DNA from: Rhodospirillaceae bacterium
GTDB taxonomy: Bacteria; Pseudomonadota; Alphaproteobacteria; CACIAM-22H2
Reading direction: 5' to 3'
Assembly (NCBI GenBank): GCA_022843945.1
Contig: JALHMR010000023.1
Coordinates: forward strand, 7,941 to 71,940
DNA length: 64,000 bases
Made by a program: the position numbers and the translations under genes. The notes under the pieces were generated by a model that saw only the letters and a program-made list of their open reading frames with translations, was not told where the DNA came from and did no database searches. Position 1 is the stretch's first letter; every line of letters starts with the position of its first letter. This document shows, one piece after another, positions 58,926 to 64,000 of this stretch.

Positions 58926-58957
58926 CGTTGACAAACTAACCATTTAGTACATTATGC
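58926..58957 (+). promoter_or_regulatory. Promoter/operator box, copy 2 (TTGACA-n16-CATTAT)
   Basis: CGTTGACAAACTAACCATTTAGTACATTATGC contains the inverted repeat ACTAA ccat TTAGT. It lies about 48 nt upstream of the dctP-2 start. Confidence 0.45.
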
Positions 58958-59004
58958 CGGCAACACCGAATCAAAAACCGTCAACGAACCATCCAGGAGG
59001 AACC

Positions 59005-59994
59005 ATGCGCTCATTCACCCGTCGATCCGTGCTGGCCGCCGGCGCCGCGTCCGCGGCCCTGCTGTCCGCTCCCGCCGTGTTCGCCCAGGCGAAGCCGAAG
59101 CTGCGCTTCACCACCGTGGCCACCGAGCAGGACATCCGCGCCGAATCGTTCAAGGCCTTCGGCGAGGCGGTCAAGGACCGCTATGACTTCGAGGCGTTCT
59201 TCGGCGGCAACCTGTTCAAGCAGGGGACGGAGCTGGTGGCCATGCAGCGCGGCAACGTCGAGATGGCCAACCTCTCGCCGCAGGACATCTCCAAGCAGAT
59301 CCCGGCCTGGTCGATCCTGACCTCGGCCTACCTGTTCCGCGATGCCGATCACGTGAAGAAGACCTTCGACGGTCCGGTCGGCGCCGAGTTCAAGAAGATG
59401 GCGCGCGACCAGCTCGGCGTGCACATCCTCACCCCGGTCTATTTCGGCACCCGCCAGGTCAACCTGCGCTCGACCAAGAAGATCAACACGCCCGCGGACA
59501 TGGCGGGCACCAAGCTGCGCATGCCGCCGGGCGAGGCCTGGCAGCTGCTGGGCGAGGCGATGGGCGCCAACCCGACGCCGGTGGCCTTCGCCGAGCTCTA
59601 CACTGCGCTCCAGTCGGGCGCGGTCGACGGCCAGGACAATCCGCTGCCGACCAGCCGCACCATGAAGTTCCACGAGGTGACCAAGCAGTTCGTGCTCACC
59701 AACCATCTCGTCGGCTATGACTGCTTCTCGGTCTCGACCAAGATCTGGGACGCCATGTCGCCGGCCCAGCAGCAGGCCTTCCAGGCGGCGGCCGACCGGT
59801 CGATCGCCGTGAGCACGGCCAAGCACCTGGCGCAGGAGAAGGAGATGGTCGACTTCTTCAAGGCGCAGGGTCTGGAAGTCTACTCGCCCAATGTTGCGGC
59901 CTTCCGCGAGAGCGCCCAGAAGAAGTACCTGGCCTCGGCCCTGGCCAAGGACTGGCCGAAGGGCATGCTTGAGCGTATCAACGCGGTCCAGTAA
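59005..59994 (+). CDS. dctP: TRAP transporter substrate-binding protein (DctP family), paralogue 2
   Basis: Start at ATG 59005 after AGGAGG. It has the Tat-type signal MRSFTRRSVLAAGAASAALL and is highly similar to paralogue 1. Confidence 0.9.
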   Translation: MRSFTRRSVLAAGAASAALLSAPAVFAQAKPKLRFTTVATEQDIRAESFKAFGEAVKDRYDFEAFFGGNLFKQGTELVAMQRGNVEMANLSPQDISKQIPAWSILTSAYLFRDADHVKKTFDGPVGAEFKKMARDQLGVHILTPVYFGTRQVNLRSTKKINTPADMAGTKLRMPPGEAWQLLGEAMGANPTPVAFAELYTALQSGAVDGQDNPLPTSRTMKFHEVTKQFVLTNHLVGYDCFSVSTKIWDAMSPAQQQAFQAAADRSIAVSTAKHLAQEKEMVDFFKAQGLEVYSPNVAAFRESAQKKYLASALAKDWPKGMLERINAVQ

Positions 59995-60008
59995 GGACCG
60001 CCGCTTTC

Positions 60009-60045
60009 GGCCGGCCGGTCCCCGCAGGGGCCGGCCGGTTTCCTA
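60009..60045 (+). terminator. GC-rich hairpin plus T-run between the dctP genes and dctQ (attenuator)
   Basis: GGCCGGCCGGTCCCC gca GGGGCCGGCCGG forms 12 bp with one bulge and is followed by TTTCCT. Confidence 0.5.
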
Positions 60046-60057
60046 TCGGGAACAGGT

Positions 60058-60564
60058 ATGCACGCGACTCTGATCACGGCCGGACGATGGCTGCGCCGGC
60101 GGGCGGAGAACATTGCCGCCCTGCTGCTGGGCACGATGTTCATCGCCTTCCTGGTGCAGATCGTCTTCCGCTACGTCTTCAACTGGCCGGCGGGCTGGGC
60201 CTTCGAGCTCACCATCATCTGCTGGCTGTGGGGCGTGCTCTTCGGTGCGGCCTTCATCGTCGATGAAAAGGACGAGATCCGTTTCGACGTGATCTACGGC
60301 TCCGTGCGTCCGGGCGTGCGCCGGATGATGGTGATCGTCGGCGGCCTGGCGCTGCTGGCCCTTTACGGCATGTCGCTCCCGGCGGTCTACGAGTACGTCG
60401 CTTTCATGAAGGTCGAGCGCACGGCCTATCTGAAGATCCCGTTCAACTGGCTGTACTCGGTCTACGTCATCTTCGCGGTGGCGATTCTCGTGCGTTATGT
60501 CTGGCTGGTCTGGCGGGCGGTGCGTGGCGAAACGAGCACCACGCAGGGAAGCTCCGCGTTATGA
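60058..60564 (+). CDS. dctQ: TRAP transporter small permease subunit (DctQ family)
   Basis: 168 aa with four hydrophobic helices. Its stop overlaps the dctM start (ATGA). Confidence 0.85.
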   Translation: MHATLITAGRWLRRRAENIAALLLGTMFIAFLVQIVFRYVFNWPAGWAFELTIICWLWGVLFGAAFIVDEKDEIRFDVIYGSVRPGVRRMMVIVGGLALLALYGMSLPAVYEYVAFMKVERTAYLKIPFNWLYSVYVIFAVAILVRYVWLVWRAVRGETSTTQGSSAL

Positions 60565-61862
60565 ATCTGACCAGCCCTTTCGCGCTCACCGTCTGGGCGA
60601 TCGTCGCGCTGTCGTTCCTCGGCCTGCCCATCGGCCATTCCATGATTGCGGCCTCGATCCTCTACCTGTTCCTTGCCGGGCAGGATATGGGCCTGGCCGC
60701 CGAGCAGCTGCTCAACGGCCTTTACAACAGCTACGTGCTGCTCGCCGTGCCGCTGTTCCTGTTCGCGGCCGAGCTGATGAGCATCGGCAGCATGTCGGAC
60801 CGGCTGCTGCGCTTCTGCAACGCGCTGGTCGGCCGCTTCCGCGGCGGCCTGGCGCAGGTCAACATCGTCCAGAGCGTGATCTTTGCCGGCATCTCGGGCT
60901 CGGCCATCGCCGACGTGGCCGGCACGGGCCGGGTGATCATCGACATGATGACCCGCAACGGGCGTTACACCGTGAGCTACGCCGCCGCGGTCACCGCCGC
61001 CTCGGCGGTCATCGGCCCGATCATCCCGCCCTCGATCCCGATGGTGCTCTACGCTCTCGTCTCCGACGCCTCGATCGGCTACCTGTTCCTCGGCGGCGTC
61101 ATCCCCGGCCTGATCATGGCCGGGGCGCAGATGGCCGTGATCGGCATTCAGGCCAAGCAGCGTAACTTTCCCGTCGAGGAGGCGGTGCCGCTGCGCCAGT
61201 GGCCGGCGCTCATCGTCGAAGCCTTTCCGGCGCTGATGATGCCGGTGATCCTGCTGGGCGGTATCCGAATTGGCGTCACCACGCCGACCGAGGCGGCCGC
61301 CATCGCCGCGGCCTATGCCTACCTGATCTCGCTTTTCCTCTATCGCAGCATCACGGCGCGACAGACCTACGACGCCGTGCTGGGCAGCGCGCGCGCCACC
61401 GCCTCGATCGGCATGCTGATCGCCGGGGCGCTCGCCTTCAATTACGTGGTGACGATCGAGAACATCCCGCGGACCGTGCAGACGATGCTCAGCGCCTACG
61501 ACCTGACGCCGGCGATGTTCCTGCTCGCGGTCAACATCATCCTACTGGTCCTCGGCTGCCTGCTCGAGGGCAGCACCATCCTGCTGGTCATCGTGCCCAT
61601 CCTCGTGCCGACCGCGCAGGCGCTGGGCATCGACCTCGTGCATTTCGGCGTGGTCGTGGTGTTCAACATCATGATCGGACTGGTGACGCCGCCCTACGGT
61701 CTGCTGCTGTTCATCGTCTCGCGGATCTCCGGCGCCTCGTTCAGCGCCGTAACGCGCGATACGATGCCCTTCGTCGTGGCGATGATCGTGGCGCTGGCTA
61801 TCATCACCTATATCCCCGAGACCGTGCTGTGGATCCCGCGCGCGTCCGGCTACAAGGGCTGA
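60561..61862 (+). CDS. dctM: TRAP transporter large permease subunit (DctM family)
   Basis: 433 aa with DctM-like sequence (ISGSAIADVAGTGRVIIDMM). Confidence 0.9.
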   Translation: MNLTSPFALTVWAIVALSFLGLPIGHSMIAASILYLFLAGQDMGLAAEQLLNGLYNSYVLLAVPLFLFAAELMSIGSMSDRLLRFCNALVGRFRGGLAQVNIVQSVIFAGISGSAIADVAGTGRVIIDMMTRNGRYTVSYAAAVTAASAVIGPIIPPSIPMVLYALVSDASIGYLFLGGVIPGLIMAGAQMAVIGIQAKQRNFPVEEAVPLRQWPALIVEAFPALMMPVILLGGIRIGVTTPTEAAAIAAAYAYLISLFLYRSITARQTYDAVLGSARATASIGMLIAGALAFNYVVTIENIPRTVQTMLSAYDLTPAMFLLAVNIILLVLGCLLEGSTILLVIVPILVPTAQALGIDLVHFGVVVVFNIMIGLVTPPYGLLLFIVSRISGASFSAVTRDTMPFVVAMIVALAIITYIPETVLWIPRASGYKG

Positions 61863-61863
61863 G

Positions 61864-62292
61864 ATGAAACCGATCTACATCCTCAACGGTCCCAACCTCA
61901 ATCGCCTGGGCACCCGCGAGCCGGAGATCTACGGCACCACGACCCTGGCCGAGATCGAGGCCATGTGCCGCGAGGCGGCGGGCGGCCAGCCACTCAAGTT
62001 CCTCCAGTCCAATCACGAGGGGCAGATCGTGGAGTGGATCCACGAAGCCATCGACGGCGGCAGCGGCATTATCATCAACCCGGCCGCGCTGTCGTTCACC
62101 TCGATCGCCGTGCTCGACGCGCTGAAGATGTTCAAGGGGCCGATCATCGAGTTGCACATCTCCAACATCCACGCGCGCGATGAGGCGCATCGCCACTCCC
62201 GCATCTCGGCGGGCGTGACCGCGGTCATCGCCGGTCTGGGAGCGAAGGGCTATCCGGTCGCGGTGCGTGCTTTGCTCGACAGGCTCAAATGA
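61864..62292 (+). CDS. aroQ: Type II 3-dehydroquinate dehydratase
   Basis: 142 aa. It has ILNGPNLNRLGTREPEIYG, QSNHEGQIVEWIH, INPAA.S.TS and HISNIHARD, the full set of AroQ signature blocks. Confidence 0.9.
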   Translation: MKPIYILNGPNLNRLGTREPEIYGTTTLAEIEAMCREAAGGQPLKFLQSNHEGQIVEWIHEAIDGGSGIIINPAALSFTSIAVLDALKMFKGPIIELHISNIHARDEAHRHSRISAGVTAVIAGLGAKGYPVAVRALLDRLK

Positions 62293-63185
62293 CGACGATC
62301 GACCGAGTTCCGGCAGCCTCCGTGTTTGCGCCCGTCGTCGCGCCGACGGTGCTGCTCGGCCTGATCGGCGCTGGAATCCAGCTTTCGCGTACTCCCCGCA
62401 TGCACGAGGCGGAGGCCGCGGCGCAGGGGCTGCGGCTCGTCTATCGGCTTATCGATCTCGATGTCCTGGGCGTCGGGCCCGAGGCGCTTGCCGATCTTCT
62501 GGCATCGGCGCAGGCGGCGGGCTTCGCCGGGCTCAATATCACCTATCCCTGCAAGCAGGCGGCGATCCCGCTGCTCGACGACCTGTCGGACGATGCGCGG
62601 GCGCTGGGTGCGGTCAACACCATCGTCTTCCACGGGGGCAAGCGTATCGGACATAACACCGACTGGTGGGGATTCGCCGAAAGCTTCAAACGCGGCCTGC
62701 CGGAGGCGCGGATGAAGCGCGTGACGCAGCTCGGCGCCGGCGGGGCGGGGTCGGCCGTCGCCCACGCCCTGCTGACACTCGGTGCGGAACGACTGACCAT
62801 CGTCGATACGGATGGCGGCAAGGCAGAGGCGCTGGCGCGGTCACTGCGCCAGCGCTTTGGCGCGGACCGCGTGGCGGCATCGCCTGATGTCGCGGCCGCG
62901 ATGACGGAGACCGATGGCCTGGTCAATACGACGCCCGTGGGCATGGCCAAGCATCCGGGCTTGCCGCTGCCGGTGGCGCTACTCGGTCGCGCCCTGTGGG
63001 TCAGCGATATCGTCTATTTTCCCCTGGAGACGGCGCTGCTGCGGGCCGCCCGCCTGCTGGGCTGCCGAACCCTCGATGGCGGCGGCATGGCGGTATTCCA
63101 GGCGGTGGAAGCGTTCCGTCTGTTCACCGGCCGCCTCCCGGATGCGGACCGCATGACGGCGGAGTTCGCGGCACAGGGAGTGTAG
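62289..63185 (+). CDS. aroE: Shikimate/quinate 5-dehydrogenase (AroE/YdiB family)
   Basis: 298 aa with GLNITYPCKQ, GAVNT and LGAGGAGSAVAHAL (Rossmann). It overlaps the aroQ stop (ATGA). The context suggests a catabolic role. Confidence 0.8.
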   Translation: MTTIDRVPAASVFAPVVAPTVLLGLIGAGIQLSRTPRMHEAEAAAQGLRLVYRLIDLDVLGVGPEALADLLASAQAAGFAGLNITYPCKQAAIPLLDDLSDDARALGAVNTIVFHGGKRIGHNTDWWGFAESFKRGLPEARMKRVTQLGAGGAGSAVAHALLTLGAERLTIVDTDGGKAEALARSLRQRFGADRVAASPDVAAAMTETDGLVNTTPVGMAKHPGLPLPVALLGRALWVSDIVYFPLETALLRAARLLGCRTLDGGGMAVFQAVEAFRLFTGRLPDADRMTAEFAAQGV

Positions 63186-63376
63186 GTCCCGAACTGGAGG
63201 ACGATGACGGTGCTGCATACGCCGAGAAACCCGCCTCTAGACAGCGTCGCGCTGGCCCGGCGTCTCGGCGAGTTTCTCGACGGCATCGCTGACACTATCC
63301 GCCGCTTGCGCCGGCTGGCGCAGGACATCAGCGGACAGAGTGAAGCCATGAATGCACAAACCGGAACGGAGGCGGC

Positions 63377-64000
63377 ATGCGAAAAGCCATCGCAACGGTC
63401 TCGCTGAGCGGCACCTTGGACGAGAAGCTGGCGGCCATCGCGGCCGCCAAGTTCCGCGGTGTCGAGATTTTCGAGAACGACCTGCTGTCGTTCAACGGCA
63501 AGCCGGCTGACGTGCGACGCATGGCCGCCGATCTTGGCCTCGACATCATTGCCTTCCAGCCGTTCCGCGATTTCGAAGGCATGCCCCCCGAGCGCCGCGC
63601 CAAGGTCTTCGATCGGGCGGAGAGAAAATTCGACCTGATGCAGGAGCTCGGCTGTGATCTGCTGCTGATCTGCTCCAATGTCTCGCCTGAATCCCTGGGC
63701 GGCATCGACCGCGCCGCCGCCGATCTGCGCGAGCTGGGCGAGCGCGCGGCCAGGCGCGGCTATCGCGTCGGTTTCGAGGCGCTGGCCTGGGGCCGCCACA
63801 TCAACGACTACCGCGATTCCTGGGAGGCGGTGCGCCGCGCCGACCACAAGGCGATCGGCCTGGTGCTCGACAGTTTCCACATCCTGGTGCGCAAGTCGCC
63901 GCTGGAGGCCATCCGCTCGATCCCGCGCGACCGCATCTTCATCGTCCAGGTCGCTGATGCGCCGCTGCTCGACATGGATTACCTGTCATGGAGCCGCCAT
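63377..64000 (+). CDS. quiC: 3-dehydroshikimate dehydratase (QuiC/QsuB-type: xylose-isomerase-like TIM barrel, usually fused to an HPPD-like domain), N-terminal part only
   Basis: It runs off the right edge, so it is not in the ORF track. ATG 63377 follows GGAGG. The translation MRKAIATVSLSGTLDEKLAAIAAAKFRGVEIFENDLLSFNG...FQPFRDFEGMPP...KFDLMQELGCDLLLICSNVS matches the QuiC-type N-terminus I know from Pseudomonas-type quinate clusters. Confidence 0.75.
   Translation, partial: MRKAIATVSLSGTLDEKLAAIAAAKFRGVEIFENDLLSFNGKPADVRRMAADLGLDIIAFQPFRDFEGMPPERRAKVFDRAERKFDLMQELGCDLLLICSNVSPESLGGIDRAAADLRELGERAARRGYRVGFEALAWGRHINDYRDSWEAVRRADHKAIGLVLDSFHILVRKSPLEAIRSIPRDRIFIVQVADAPLLDMDYLSWSRH

Noticed and set aside
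57880-59994. Tandem dctP duplication as a mobile-element-mediated or recently acquired insertion.
   Set aside because: There is no IS element, integrase, direct-repeat footprint or compositional break around the duplication. The flanks of the two copies have diverged substantially, arguing for an old duplication with internal homogenisation.

Overview
GC-rich, very gene-dense chromosomal segment with codon usage, REP-like repeats and gene content typical of an alphaproteobacterium, probably Rhizobiales-like. I support about 65 protein-coding genes. All homology calls come from reading the translated ORFs, with no database search. Most genes are for solute uptake and carbon catabolism.

From left to right:
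- **Oxidative uronate module (1-9190):** dctPQM plus a DapA-like gene, a GntR regulator, udh, kdgD, a 2-hydroxyacid dehydrogenase, a LigI/Gli-like amidohydrolase and a Gfo/Idh/MocA oxidoreductase.
- **Uncharacterised acid-catabolism island (9191-16488):** TauD, TctC, a fused TctA-TctB permease, a PrpF-family isomerase, a haloacetate-dehalogenase-like hydrolase and an IMDH-family dehydrogenase.
- **putA (16491-19622).**
- **Unusual pairings and miscellaneous genes (19628-37375):** an orphan membrane-tethered TAXI receptor coupled to DUF3237, then a beta-carbonic anhydrase translationally coupled to a pentameric ligand-gated ion-channel (pLGIC) homologue. These are followed by miscellaneous redox, regulator and signalling genes, including a hybrid histidine kinase and a GGDEF protein.
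- **Two convergent Dpp/Opp-type ABC operons (38694-49689):** the second has an M20 peptidase and no binding-protein gene.
- **Small secreted hypothetical proteins (50487-51759).**
- **Aromatic/hydroaromatic block (52514-64000):** MFS, truncated LysR, MBL lactonase-like protein, beta-hydroxyacid dehydrogenase, hydroxyquinol-type intradiol dioxygenase, TetR, two tandem dctP paralogues, dctQM, aroQ, aroE-like gene and a partial quiC.

I saw no rRNA, tRNA, CRISPR array, transposase, integrase, phage gene or recognisable defence gene.

The non-coding space is dominated by G/C-rich palindromic REP/BIME-like elements at five or more loci. A few operator-like palindromes and intercistronic hairpins are also present.

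My best candidate for an undescribed functional unit is the can-pLGIC pair. The orphan TAXI-DUF3237 pair and the mosaic tandem dctP pair with duplicated promoter boxes come second. None of these is proven by sequence alone.
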